Below, piece by piece: positions 34,278-46,410 of a stretch of 64,000 nucleotides of DNA. This DNA comes from an uncultured Chloroflexia bacterium. GTDB lineage: Bacteria; Chloroflexota; Anaerolineae; JAAYZQ01. Location of the stretch: the NCBI GenBank assembly GCA_963749455.1, contig CAVVMX010000021.1, positions 393,354-457,353 on the forward strand, read 5' to 3'. The stretch's first letter is position 1, and each line of letters opens with the position of its first letter. A program made the position numbers and the translations under genes. Under the pieces are notes generated by a model. The model did not search any database, was not told where the DNA came from, and worked only from the letters and a program-made list of their open reading frames with translations.

Positions 34278-35987
34278 TCAGAGTGTCACACGAAAGTCCT
34301 GCAGGATCGACCCGCCGACGAACTCGCGCAGGATCGAGTTGTCAGGCACCAGATCGGGAACCAGCGGCTCAAACCAATCCAGAAGGGTGAGCAGTCGCTT
34401 GGCCTCAAGATGCGATTGGGTGCGTGCCTTCACCTGCAGTAGCAGTGGCTCGGCCAGCGGCTTGAGCACGGCCAACTCGTACACCAGCGCCGAATTGAAC
34501 ATTACGTCGGCGTGCTCCTGGAACGGAAATATCCAGCGCTTCTCACCGTTGCGCACAGCCTCCCAACGCTCAATCGTCTGGCGAGCCGAGTAACCCCGCT
34601 GTGCCGCGTCGCGCACGATGCGGCGGATGAGGCGCGAGTCGGTGGTCGGTATCCGATTGTGCTTGTCGACGTTCAGTTGGGTTAGCGCCGAGGCATAGAT
34701 GCGGTATAGGAACTCGGACGGGACGTCGGGTACGAGGGCCGGATTCAGACCGTGGATCCCCTCGATCAGGATAATATGGTCGGGCCGCAGGCGGACGTCT
34801 GGCCCCACTTCGCGCAGGCCGGTCTTAAAGTTATAGTGAGGCAGGGTGACCACTTGCCCGTCGAGCAGTCGGAGTAGATGCTCGTTGAACAAGCCCACGT
34901 CCAAGGCCCCCAGGGACTCATAGTCATACTGCCCCTGCTCGTCGCGTGGCGTCTTGCTCCGATCCACGAAATAGTTGTCCATTTCGAGGGGAAAGGGGCG
35001 CAGCCCATTGGCCAGCAGTTGAATGCTCAACCTCTTGGAGAAAGTTGTCTTGCCTGATGACGATGGTCCGGCGATGAGCGCCAGGCGAACCCGCCCGTGG
35101 CGCTCAGTGATCTCGGCAGCAATTCGGGCGATGCGCTGCTCGTGCAGCGCTTCAGAGACCAGCACGACTTCACGGATCCGTTCGCCGGCTATGGCTTCAT
35201 TCAGCATGCCTACGTCGGGAACACCTATCAGCTCCAACCACTCGCCATATTCACGAAAAACGTTGACAAGCTTGCGCGCGTCCGTGAATGGCTGGAGCTG
35301 CATGGGCGGGCCGCTGCGCGGGAAGTGGAGGATAAAGCCCGGCGGGTATCTGAGCAGGGAAAAGACGTCAAGATAGCCGGTCGAGGGAACCATGTAGCCG
35401 TGAAAGTAATCGCGAAAGCCGCGCAATTGGTACAACGTCAGATAGTCTTTGCGCCTGCGGCTCTGGAGCCGCACCTTGTCCTCGTCGCCCCTGGCCTGGA
35501 ACAGGGCGATGGCGTCGTTCAGCGGCACCCGCTCCTTGAGGATCGGCTCATCGGCGTCCACGATTTCCTGCATCCGGGCTTTGATCTGAGCCAATTCCTC
35601 TTCGGTGAACGGCTCTCGGCCCTTGACTTCACAGAAGTAGCCGCCAAAGGTGAGTGAGTGATCGACGTAGACACTGGCCTGGGGGAACAGCTCATGAACG
35701 GCGGTGATGAGCAGAAACGACAGCGAGCGGCGATAGATGCGAAAGCCGTCGCTGTGGGCCATGGTGATCGGCACTACCTCGACGTCACCTTCGATCCGGT
35801 AGGTGAGCTCGCGCAGCTCGTTATCTACGATGGCCGCCACCGTGGGCGAGTCTGGATCAGAGCCGGCTACCTGGACGAACTTCTCCAGTGAGGTGCCGAT
35901 AGGTCCCTCGAAGACACGCCCGTCGCTGAACCAGACCTGGGCGGTATCGCGGGGTTGGGCCGGATGGATCGATGACGTGTGATTCAT
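34278..35987 (-). CDS. TGS-domain + uridine-kinase/phosphoribulokinase-family P-loop NTPase
   Basis: Walker A GPSSSGKTT. PRK/Udk-like core (LIEGIHGLNP). N-terminal ~270 aa ThrRS-like TGS/second-additional-domain-like region. ATGA overlap with the upstream small membrane gene. Confidence 0.5.
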   Translation of the reverse strand: MNHTSSIHPAQPRDTAQVWFSDGRVFEGPIGTSLEKFVQVAGSDPDSPTVAAIVDNELRELTYRIEGDVEVVPITMAHSDGFRIYRRSLSFLLITAVHELFPQASVYVDHSLTFGGYFCEVKGREPFTEEELAQIKARMQEIVDADEPILKERVPLNDAIALFQARGDEDKVRLQSRRRKDYLTLYQLRGFRDYFHGYMVPSTGYLDVFSLLRYPPGFILHFPRSGPPMQLQPFTDARKLVNVFREYGEWLELIGVPDVGMLNEAIAGERIREVVLVSEALHEQRIARIAAEITERHGRVRLALIAGPSSSGKTTFSKRLSIQLLANGLRPFPLEMDNYFVDRSKTPRDEQGQYDYESLGALDVGLFNEHLLRLLDGQVVTLPHYNFKTGLREVGPDVRLRPDHIILIEGIHGLNPALVPDVPSEFLYRIYASALTQLNVDKHNRIPTTDSRLIRRIVRDAAQRGYSARQTIERWEAVRNGEKRWIFPFQEHADVMFNSALVYELAVLKPLAEPLLLQVKARTQSHLEAKRLLTLLDWFEPLVPDLVPDNSILREFVGGSILQDFRVTL

Positions 35988-36253
35988 TTTGGCTTTTCTT
36001 CCTGCCTCAGCCAGGCGGCTACGATTAGCAGGGTTAGAGCTATGAGCGTAGCTTCGATAACGTGCACCTGGCCGATAGTCCAGGGTATGGTATCGAGAAT
36101 TTGGCCAGCGAGCTGTCCGGCGGCGAAACCTACAGTGGATGCCAGCCAAAAGAATAACAGGTCGCGCAGGCGTCGGCCCCGCCACAGGTAAAAAGCCGCG
36201 GCGTACGCCGATGCCAAGCCGACAGACAGAGCTATAGCCGGTGCCTCGAGCAT
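35984..36253 (-). CDS. small membrane protein (89 aa, 3 TM)
   Basis: Hydrophobic ORF translationally coupled (ATGA) to the NTPase gene. Confidence 0.35.
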   Translation of the reverse strand: MLEAPAIALSVGLASAYAAAFYLWRGRRLRDLLFFWLASTVGFAAGQLAGQILDTIPWTIGQVHVIEATLIALTLLIVAAWLRQEEKPK

Positions 36254-36284
36254 CTAGTTCCCCCTTACACTGCACCCCATTATA

Positions 36285-39029
36285 TCACAGATCTGCTCTG
36301 GCCAGGTAACGCAACCAGCATGCCAGCAGATGGGCAGCTGCCGGACTGCGGCTCAGGCCGGTCGGTTGATCGCCGAGCCCGCCTTGTAGGCGCAGGGTTG
36401 TGACGAGTAACGCGCCCTGGCCCCATTCCAGGACCGTGGCATACTCGCACAGCTCCAGGCTGCGGGTGTCCAGGCGGCGAAGGAGGGGAGAGATGCTTCC
36501 GAGATGACCACCTGAGCGTGGAAGGGCGGAAGCATCTAGGGCACAATCGGCCGCCAGTGCATAGAACTGCAGGCCGGGGTCACTGTGGGGGAAATCGCCC
36601 CACGCCAGATGCGGCTCGGCCAGTTTGAGCGACTCGCGCCAGTACGGACAGGCGACGACCGGCAGCGGTCCCGGCGGCCCATTCTTCTGTTGGAGCAGGA
36701 GCGCCCGGCCGCCGGCTGCAACGAGCGCGTCAACCTCTGCGTTCCAGGCAGTGCAGACCGTGACGGCATCTGCCGGCGGCATTCCTCGGTCAGGATTATA
36801 GAATCGACATAGCTCTGGCGTCAGGGATGGCAGATCGGCCAGTACCCCCGGTGGATCGATCAGCAGAAAGGGGGCCACGCCCACCCACGGGTTGGACGGA
36901 TAGGTCCACAGCGTCCAGGCATTGGCCGAAGCTTCATCGCCCGCTTCGATCTTGGCCTGGAGTGTTAGCTGTTGTGGGCTAGTGGTCCTCGGGGCGTCGA
37001 AACTCGGCCACAGCCAGCTCCTGAGCACGTCCGGGTACCAGCTCGACCGCCAGCCTCACCCCCTGGCGAACGGCGCCTTTCCCGCAGCAGGCGGCCTTCC
37101 AGGACAACCTGGCCGGGCCACGAACAGGCGGCATAGTTCGAGGCGATCAGATGAGCCCGCACCGTCGCCCCTGCCTGGATAGTTGTAAGGGTCCCAAAAG
37201 GCCGGCCGGTCGCCGCCGGCATCCCACGATCTCTGCCGATCCCATCCGATCAACAGGACCAGGTCGTCGTTGAAAGCGCGGAACGCATCGGGCTCGAATT
37301 TGGATCGGCCTAGATCATCCCACATGCCAGGCGTGCTGATCGGTGTGTCAGCCTCGCCGGTCACCACGTAACCCGACAGGTCGCGCCGGGCGCGCACTGC
37401 CTCGAGAGTGACCTTCCGGTGTAACAGGCTCTGGTGAACGGAGGCCGCGACGATCTCGCCCGAGATCTCCCTCACGTAGGTGTTCCTCTACGGAGGATGG
37501 GGCAGGTGACTGGCTGGGCCTCCACAGGCCGTTTTCCCGTAGTCTGTCAACGTGGTGAATGGGCGGTACTCCCAGCGGGCGCCCTGCGGGTTGGCCTGTG
37601 GGTCAGAGTGCAGCCACCAGGGCAGGGCGCCGTCGTGACCCTCGAGGATGGCCGGCAGATCGCGCACAGTGTCATAGTCGCAGAACTCGCCCATCAGCCA
37701 CGGCTTTTCTGCCCGCCAGGCGGGGGCAAAGGTGTCGAGCAGTGGGCGCAGGAACTGCAGGTCGCAATAGAAGTGGTTATCGTAAAAGTCAGCCGACTCG
37801 GTCAGCCAGCCGCCATACGCCTCGCCTGAGCCGCTGTTGTCACGCACCAGGGCGTCGCCGGCCAGCGACTTGACCTGGGCATACAGCCCGGCCAGAAAAG
37901 CCGCGTCTACGGCCTGACTGAGCTCGCAGCCCAGGGTGTAGAGCAGCACTGAAGGGTGCTTGCGCGCCAGGTGCACCAGTCGCTCATATTCGAGCGGGAC
38001 CTGCCCCCGGAAAAAGGGGGTTGTCTCGGGCAGCCACATCGGCAGCTCGACCCACAGTAGCATGCCCAGCTCGTCGGCTAGGTCAAAGTAATAGGGCGGC
38101 GGGAACCACAGGCACAGCTTGACGCCGTTGTAGCCCATCTGTCGCAGGCGGAGGAGATCGGCGCGGACACGCTCCGCTCCGGGGTTGGGGCTGTGCCGAT
38201 CCGGGTACCAGCCCCACGACAGAGCCAGGCGAGGATAGATTGGCTGGTCGTTCAGTAGGATGATCGCACCCTGTGCCTCCACGCTACGCAGGCCAAATCG
38301 CCTGGCGTAGGAGTGAGGCATGCCATGCTCGTCCTCTTGCGGGCTTAACAGGACGTCGTAGAGCACTGGGCTGGCTGGTGACCAGGGTTGTGGGTTAGGC
38401 AGGCGCCCTGACCACTCCAGGTGCGGCCCGGCCTCGACGGTCTCTTTGACGAGCGATTTCCCAGTTGGGTCAAAGATCTGTAATTGGAGTGGCCCGGGGG
38501 CCGAGCACTCGCCGCTGATGCATACCCTACCGTCGGCAGCGCCGTGTACGTGAAGGTCGGTCACGCGGCGCGGCCCGGTGACGAGTACCTGCGCCTCTTG
38601 CCACAGGCCGCCAAAGGCGTGGCCCCACACGTAGGGCAAAAAGCCGCTCAGCGTTTGCCGCAGCGGAAAGTGGCCCGGCACGGCCGGAGAGTCGGGGCCG
38701 GCAGTCAGGCTGGCCGGCTTTTCGACCTGCACCAGCAGATCGGCCCGTTGACCCGGTGCAAAGGCGCCGGGGATCTCGACCTCGAACGGGTCCCACATCC
38801 CGGTGTGAGAGCCTATCTCCTGTCCGTCAAGTGACACGGTGCAATGGTAGCTCACCGCTCCAAAGCGGAGCCAGAGGCGCTGCCCACCGGCTCTGTGGAC
38901 CGGGATTGTGGTTCGATACCAGTATGGGCCGGGATCGGTCACGGGGAACCCGGCGTCCTCCCAGCAACCGGGCACGGAAACCGGCTGCCAGCTCCTTAGG
39001 CCGTCGCGGCGTATCTCCCAGCGCAGCAT
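36285..39029 (-). CDS. glycoside hydrolase family 2-like (beta-galactosidase/mannosidase/glucuronidase fold); at least 2 frameshifts
   Basis: Sugar-binding N-domain (GMWDPFEVEI), TIM barrel (QMGYNGVKLCLWFPPPYYFDLADELGMLLWVELP), colinear continuation in ORFs 37056..37475 and 36285..37028. Confidence 0.5.
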
Positions 39030-39032
39030 TCC

Positions 39033-39389
39033 CTATTTCACGAACCAGTAGTATGCCAGCGCAGCGTGGACAAGGGTGCCGAGGATCAGGCACAGCCAGA
39101 TGCCGGGATGCTCTCGGTAGTTGCTCTTGTGATTGAATAGGAACATGCCAGCCCAGCCGCCGGGGAACCCGCCCAGCAGGGCCACGAGGTTCAGAAGGCC
39201 CTCGGGGCACCGTCCCCACTTGATCTTGGATAGCAGCTTGTCGAGCCCGTAGAAAACAAAGGCGGTGGCGCTCAGGGCAGTGAGCCAGTCGACGTACGGG
39301 TTCCATGAGGTGTTGCTATAGAGGTAGACGAAGAGGGCGCCGGCCAGAGCTATGCTGATGAGGCCAAAAGTCAGGTAGTAGCGCATTGT
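39033..39389 (-). CDS. DUF1294-family small membrane protein
   Basis: 118 aa, MRYYLTFGLISIALAGALFVYLYS..., 3-4 TM. Confidence 0.45.
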   Translation of the reverse strand, partial: TMRYYLTFGLISIALAGALFVYLYSNTSWNPYVDWLTALSATAFVFYGLDKLLSKIKWGRCPEGLLNLVALLGGFPGGWAGMFLFNHKSNYREHPGIWLCLILGTLVHAALAYYWFVK

Positions 39390-39418
39390 CGGTCTCTCAC
39401 ACGCGCAGTGTACAATTG

Positions 39419-40353
39419 TCATCTTGTGTCGAGCTTCAGATCGGCCAGGGTGCCTCTCCAAGGTCCCGGATGCTCCTGCTTCAACGTCGTGACGGCGGCG
39501 GCGACGCGCACGGCCTCTTCCGGGGGAGCTTTCAGTCGCCAGCCAAGGTAGCTGGCAAAGCAGGTATCTCCTCGGCCCGTTCGCCCTGCCAGGGAGCGGG
39601 GGGTGAACGGCGCCTGATAGATCTGCCCGTCGGCCCACACGGTCACCCCTGCCGACTGGGTCAGGACGATCTCCCGCGGGCCATAGTCGGCCAGCTGCCG
39701 GGCGGCAGCCAGGAGATCGGTCTGGCCGGTCAGCAGCTCGGCCTCCGCCCGGTCTACCTTCAGGTAGGTCACCAGCGACAGCCCTCGCTCCATCTCAGCC
39801 CAGTGGCGAAACACCAGGTCGTCCCCATCGCGGACGCGCACAAATCCCTGCACGTCGAGCGCCACGGGACCGCGTTTGGCCAGCAGCTCAAGCAGCGGTA
39901 GATCGACCTCACCGGCGATGATCGACGCAATGACATAGATGCGGGCCGGTAGGTCAGGGATCTCGCCCGCCGTGAACGGACCGGCAAAGCCCAGTGGCTG
40001 GCAGATGCGCCGTTCCATATCGGCAGACCTGTAGTAGTTGGCAATACCCGAAGTTTCGGGAGCCGGCGTGGCAAAAACCCGGACCCCTTCTTGTTTCAGT
40101 TCGTCCAATAGGGGAAAATCGTCAGGATGTAGGCGGGTGACAACTGCTACACTGACGCCCAGCCGGCGCAGGGCCACGCTGCCATAGTACACGCCCCCGC
40201 CCGGCACCGTTTGGCCCTGGCCGTCCACGATCACCTGATCCTTGGCAAAGTGGCCGATCATCACGACGTCGACAGACGTCGCGTCGACTGACGTCGCGTC
40301 AATAGGTGTCTTGGATCTCGTCATCACATCATCCTGGGTGTGTTTGAGCCGGT

Positions 40354-40357
<4 letters not shown>
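39419..40357 (-). CDS. PfkB-family sugar/nucleoside kinase (start uncertain: 40357 GTG, or internal ATG 40324/40261)
   Basis: Ribokinase-like (VVMIGHFAKDQVIVDGQ, GGGVYYGS, C-terminal GRGDTCFASYLG anion hole). GTGA overlap with the ABC ATPase stop. Confidence 0.55.
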
Positions 40358-41430
<1,073 letters not shown>

Positions 41431-41432
41431 GG

Positions 41433-43673
41433 CTACGCTCCCATTGAAAGATCTACCTGGCCGCGACCGCCCATGAGCTTGTTTACCACGAAATAGAGCA
41501 CGCCGATCGCGATCAGCACCAGGACGATAATCGTCGTCGAGTAGGCGGCGGCGATGCTGATGCCGCCCTGCTCCCATTCGCTCAAGATGCTGGCCGTCAC
41601 GATCCGCCACCGGGCGCTCACCAGGAAGATGATGGCTGACAGGCTGGTCATGTGCCGGGTAAAGCTAAAGATCAGGCCGGCCAGCAGCGCCGGCGTGATG
41701 AGGGGCAGTGTAACCCGGCGGAAGGTGTACTGGGCGTCGGCGCCCAGGATGTTGGACGCTTCTTCGATGCTCGGATCGATCTGCTGTAGAGATGCCACGC
41801 CGGCCCGTACCGAGGCGGGCAGGCTGCGCACGGCAAAGGCGGCGATGATGATGTATGGCGTGCCCACCAGAGCCAGGGGCTTGCCCATGAAGCACATGGC
41901 GCCCATCAACCCCAGGAGGACCACTGTCAAGCCCAATCGCAGCACACCTTTGAGCTGGCTGATCGCCAGTGTTGACAGAAAGGCATAGATGATGGCCGAC
42001 AGGGGCGTCGGCGTCTGGAAAAAGACCAGGATGTAGTCAGAGAATTGGAAGATGGCATTGCTCCAGAAGCCGGGAGGGATTGACCGGCTCAGGTCGGCGA
42101 TCGGCCGTGCGATATAATAGCCTAGATCTCCAGCGAACAGGTAGACTCCCATGCCGATCAGCAGCCAGCCCATCCCTTTTCGCCTCTGCCACAGCCAGAG
42201 CAACAATCCCAAGCCCACGTAGATACCGCCCATGAGGTACAGCATCCCACTTTGCGTCAGGACACTGTACAGTTGGGCCAGGCCGATGCCCACGCCGGTG
42301 CCGACAAGTAGTGCGAGCCACTGATCGCGGCGGTTGTGAAGCGCTGTCCGCGTCATGAACAGCGCCAACAGGGCATACAGGATGCCGACCACGAACATCG
42401 GCGGGGTGCTGAATGCCAGTACAAAGCCGATGCCCAAGATCGTGCCGGGCACGGCCCCACCCAGGTTCGAGATAAAGTCGACGCTTTCCTTGCCGGTAAA
42501 CCGCTTGCGTACCACCAGAAAGGCGATGACCATCCCTGTCAGCCCGGCGATCGGCGTGGCAAACGCGCTCAGGAAGGTTGTGTCCAGGATCGATTCGATG
42601 CCGCGGGTGACTGTATGGGCCCACCACCTCAGCGTCGGGCTGTAATCTACCCCCCAGGCGGCGCTGAACGAGCCCCAGAAGATGGCCAGGTAGAGGATGA
42701 TGATCAGCGCGCACACCAGGTAGGTTATGATGATGAACGGCCACCGGATCCACGCCTCCTTTTCCACGATCTGACCGCCGGTTGGCTTGCCGGTGACCGA
42801 GACGTAAGAGCGGCGAGTGACATAATAACGCTGCACCAGGAATACCACTAGGGTGGGGATGAGCAGCACGAGGGCGAGGGCTGAGGCCTTTTGGTAGTTG
42901 TACTCACCGGCCACAGCCAGAAAGATCTGTGATGACAGCACGTTCACGTTGCCGGCGATAAAGAGCGGGTTGCCCAGGTCGGCCAGCGACTCGACAAACA
43001 GCAGCAGGAACGAGCCGGCGATACCGGGAATCAGCAACGGCAGGGTGACGGTGCGAAAAATGTGAAACTTGCCGGCCCCCAGGCTATGCGCCGCTTCTTC
43101 CATGCTGGGGTCCAGGCGTTCCAGCATGGCGCGGACGATCAGGTAGGCCACAGAGAAAAAGGTGATGATCTGGACGAAGACCAGGCCATCCATGCCATAG
43201 ATGTCGTTGGCCCCCAGCGGAAAGGTCATGCCCAGCAGCTTACGTGTCACCAGCCCGTTGCGGCCAAAGAGCAGGATGGTGCTCAGGGCCAGGGCAAAAG
43301 GAGGTGACACGGTAGGCACCAGGGCCAGCAGGTGGATCAGCCGCTTGAAGGGCATGTTGCAGCGGACCATGGTGTAGGCAAAGATAAAGCCCAGGATCGT
43401 TCCGCCTGTGGCGGTCAGTACCCCCATCACCAGCGTGTTCCAGAAGATCCCCCGGGAAACCGGACCGTAATAGGAATCGAAATAGCGGCCCAAATATTCC
43501 AGGCTGAGGCGAGTGTACCATGGGCCGCTCTGCTCAGCATCGACAAAGCCGTTGGCCGTGCCGCGAAATAGGGGATAGACCACAAAGATGAATAGAAAAA
43601 GGCCACAGAACAGCAGGCTGATCATCAGCACCGGGTCACGGGCGATCAGCGCGAACTCACGATAGCGGCGCAA
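41433..43673 (-). CDS. ABC transporter permease, fused two-domain FbpB/ThiP-type (12+ TM)
   Basis: 746 aa with two EAA-loop permease domains (EAAHSLGAGKFHIFRTVTLPL, EEASNILGADAQYTFRRVTLPL). Confidence 0.75.
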   Translation of the reverse strand: MRRYREFALIARDPVLMISLLFCGLFLFIFVVYPLFRGTANGFVDAEQSGPWYTRLSLEYLGRYFDSYYGPVSRGIFWNTLVMGVLTATGGTILGFIFAYTMVRCNMPFKRLIHLLALVPTVSPPFALALSTILLFGRNGLVTRKLLGMTFPLGANDIYGMDGLVFVQIITFFSVAYLIVRAMLERLDPSMEEAAHSLGAGKFHIFRTVTLPLLIPGIAGSFLLLFVESLADLGNPLFIAGNVNVLSSQIFLAVAGEYNYQKASALALVLLIPTLVVFLVQRYYVTRRSYVSVTGKPTGGQIVEKEAWIRWPFIIITYLVCALIIILYLAIFWGSFSAAWGVDYSPTLRWWAHTVTRGIESILDTTFLSAFATPIAGLTGMVIAFLVVRKRFTGKESVDFISNLGGAVPGTILGIGFVLAFSTPPMFVVGILYALLALFMTRTALHNRRDQWLALLVGTGVGIGLAQLYSVLTQSGMLYLMGGIYVGLGLLLWLWQRRKGMGWLLIGMGVYLFAGDLGYYIARPIADLSRSIPPGFWSNAIFQFSDYILVFFQTPTPLSAIIYAFLSTLAISQLKGVLRLGLTVVLLGLMGAMCFMGKPLALVGTPYIIIAAFAVRSLPASVRAGVASLQQIDPSIEEASNILGADAQYTFRRVTLPLITPALLAGLIFSFTRHMTSLSAIIFLVSARWRIVTASILSEWEQGGISIAAAYSTTIIVLVLIAIGVLYFVVNKLMGGRGQVDLSMGA

Positions 43674-43831
43674 TAGCGAAGAGCGCCACCTGACCCCCGG
43701 TCCGGTCAGCAGATAGCGATGCAGAAGCGGCCATCGGGCCCCCTTTCAGACAAAGTGGGGCGAGGTAAGGGCATCTGGGGCGAGGTGGCCTCGCCCCTAA
43801 ACCCTACTTCGCCCCACTCGGCACCGTCAAG

Positions 43832-44877
43832 CTATTGCTTCAGGTCGTCGGCGGCTGCGATTTCGTTGGTGAACTTGTCGACGAACGCCTTCTTGTTGTC
43901 GCCCGCACCACTGGAAGTCGTAGTCGATCAGGTTGACTTCCATCAGCTCGGGGTGCGACAGCTCCACGCCGCTGACGGTGGGTGCCTGGTAGGCTTTGTA
44001 CTTGGGGCCGAGCGCCTGCGTCTCTGCCGTCAGCGCCCAGTCGAACCACTTCTTGGCGGCGTCCAGGTGCTTGGCGCCCTTGAGGATGCCCATGCCGCCG
44101 ATCTCAAAGCCGGTGCCTTCCTCGGGGAAGGTCAGGACCAGCGGCAGCTTGTTGTTTTCGATCTCGTTCACGATGTCGTGGGAGAAGACGATGCCGACTG
44201 CCGCCTCACCCTGGCCGACGAACTTGGCCGGGGCCGCGCCGCTCTTGGTGAACTGCAGCATCTGGCCGGCATACTGCTTGTCATGTATTCCCAACCCGGC
44301 TGCTTCGCCCCTGATCTGCAGGACGGTAGCACAGGGCGGTGTAGGATGTGCCGGAGGTGGAGGGGTGGGCGACCATGATCTGGCCCTTGAACTCGGGCTT
44401 GAGCAGGTCATCCCACGACGTGGGTGCCTCGACGCCGGGGTTGTTTGCCAGCCAGTCGGTGTTGGTGGCAAAGCCCAGCGTGCCAACATAGATGCCGGCC
44501 CAGTAGTTGTCGGCGTCCTTGAACTTGGCCTGGTCTCTCAGGTTCTTGTAGTTGGGCGAATCGTAGGCTTCCAGCAGGCCATCCTTCTTGGCGCTGATAA
44601 AGCTGTCGATGGGGCCACCCCACCAGATGTCGAAGGTGGGGTTGTCCTTCTCCGCCTGGATGCGGGCCAGCGCCTCGCCGCTGGACATGCGGACATAGTT
44701 GACGGTGATGCCATACTTGGCCTCGAACTCCTGCTTCATGCCCTGGCACCATTCTTCCTGGGGGGTGCAGAGCACGTTGATCTCCTTGCTCTCCGGCTGG
44801 CCGCCGCACCCGGCCAGGCCTACTACCAGCCCCAGCAGGACAGCAAGCGTGGCGAACAACATCGATCTGCTTTTCAT
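43832..44877 (-). CDS. ABC transporter periplasmic substrate-binding lipoprotein (family 1, Fe3+/polyamine/thiamine-type); about 2 frameshifts
   Basis: Lipoprotein signal MKSRSMLFATLAVLLGLVVGLAGCGG. SBP blocks (FDIWWGGPID, MVAHPSTSGTSYTAL). C-terminus ...AFVDKFTNEIAAADDLKQ* in a shifted frame. Confidence 0.55.
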
Positions 44878-44978
44878 CTTCTTTCCTCCTCGAATTTTGG
44901 ACTGCGCATCGCTGCACATGTCTGCAATCAGTGTACCATTGTCGGCAGGGTTTGTCAAGCACACCACTGCTCAGCAAG

Positions 44979-45755
44979 TCATTGCCGCACGAACGCGCGG
45001 ATTGCCTCAAAGTAGGCTGCCACCCCGACTAGCATCAGGTCGTTATGGCCGGCGCCTGGGATCAACACCAGCTTCTTGTCGGTTGCCGCACAGCAGCGGT
45101 GCAGTTCCTGCCCATCGCCGACCGGGATCAGCACATCGCGTTGGCCGTGGATGACCAATGTCGGCGTGCGGATGTGACCCATCTTGATGGCGTTGCCAAA
45201 GCCGTCGCGCTCTTCATCGGCACCCACTACCCGCACGCCAAGCCGGGCCAGGAGCCCGAACGTATCGGCAAAGCCGCTCTCGACGATCAGCCCGGCCAAC
45301 CGCTCCCCGGCGCGCAAGGCCACCTCGATGGCAGCAGCGCTGCCCAGTGACCGGCCCATCACGTACAGCCGAGGCGGGACCAGGCCACGGCCCTCCAAGA
45401 CGCGGCCCACCTGACTAAAGATGGTCACCGCGTCAGTCAGGAGATGGCTGGCTGTGGGTGTGCCACCGCTGGTGCCATAGCCGCGATAGTCGGCCACCAG
45501 CAACGTGATGCCCAGCCGGGTGTACAGAGGCGCCAGGTCGTCATAATCGGCGGCGATCTCGCCGTTGCCGTGGAAAAACAGGATCACTGGCGCCCGGACG
45601 CCAGCCGGATACAGTCGACCGCCGATGATGACGCCTGGCTCGACCTCAAAGGCCACAGACCGTGCGCTCGGCGGGATAAAGGCTGGCTCCTCCTCCCGCC
45701 GGGGATAGAACAGCACCCGTAGCACTTCGGGCCGGTCAAGAACGGAACCAGTCAT
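44979..45755 (-). CDS. alpha/beta-hydrolase fold protein
   Basis: HGNGE oxyanion region, nucleophile elbow GRSLGS, C-terminal GAGHND. Confidence 0.6.
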   Translation of the reverse strand: MTGSVLDRPEVLRVLFYPRREEEPAFIPPSARSVAFEVEPGVIIGGRLYPAGVRAPVILFFHGNGEIAADYDDLAPLYTRLGITLLVADYRGYGTSGGTPTASHLLTDAVTIFSQVGRVLEGRGLVPPRLYVMGRSLGSAAAIEVALRAGERLAGLIVESGFADTFGLLARLGVRVVGADEERDGFGNAIKMGHIRTPTLVIHGQRDVLIPVGDGQELHRCCAATDKKLVLIPGAGHNDLMLVGVAAYFEAIRAFVRQ

Positions 45756-45774
45756 CGTCCACTCAACCCTTGCT

Positions 45775-46410
45775 CTAGATCCAGTTCAGAATGCCCATGA
45801 ATACCACCAGGGCAACGATGTCGACCCCAAGGATCGTGCCGACCGTGATCGCCTTGTCTCTTGATCTTCTCCATGTCGTACACCCAGAAGGAAACCAGGA
45901 AGAAGGTCAGGTAGCCGATCAGGAAGATCAGCCACGGTGAGTTGGCGTCCCACCACGAGTACTCCCAGGTGAGTGCGCCGACTGCGTTCAGCAGCACCTC
46001 GACAAACACGCAAAAGATCGAGCCGGCAACGGCAAACACCAGCCGGTTGGGGATGCCCGCGATCTTGAGATGCTTGTCTCGGGGCAGCATCTTGGAAAAG
46101 GCGATGCCGGCGATAAAGAACATGAAGCAGATCTCGATGTTCAGTCCGATCAGGATAAGGTAGGCGGTCTTGCCCGGAGCGCCCCACACCGGCGCATAGT
46201 TGTTGAAGTGAAAGACCAGCCCATTCCAGATCTCGTTGAACCAGTCCATGCCCCAGAAGGCCAGGCCGGCAAAGATCAGATTCCAGTTCTGTCGCTCTAT
46301 CTCGACGGCATAGACGTACACTACCAGGGCAAACAGGGGGATGACGTACCACTGGAACTGACTGCCATCCCGCAGGATGCTCAAGGCTTGGGAAGCGGAT
46401 TCGGTTGGCA
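45775..46410 (-). CDS. hypothetical integral membrane protein (5-6 TM); one frameshift near 45830
   Basis: Strong AAGGAGG RBS 7 nt upstream of ATG 46410. Hydrophobic (FQWYVIPLFALVVYVYAVEI..., LIGLNIEICFMFFIAGIAF). C-terminus ...DKAITVGTILGVDIVALVVFMGILNWI* in a shifted frame. Confidence 0.4.
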
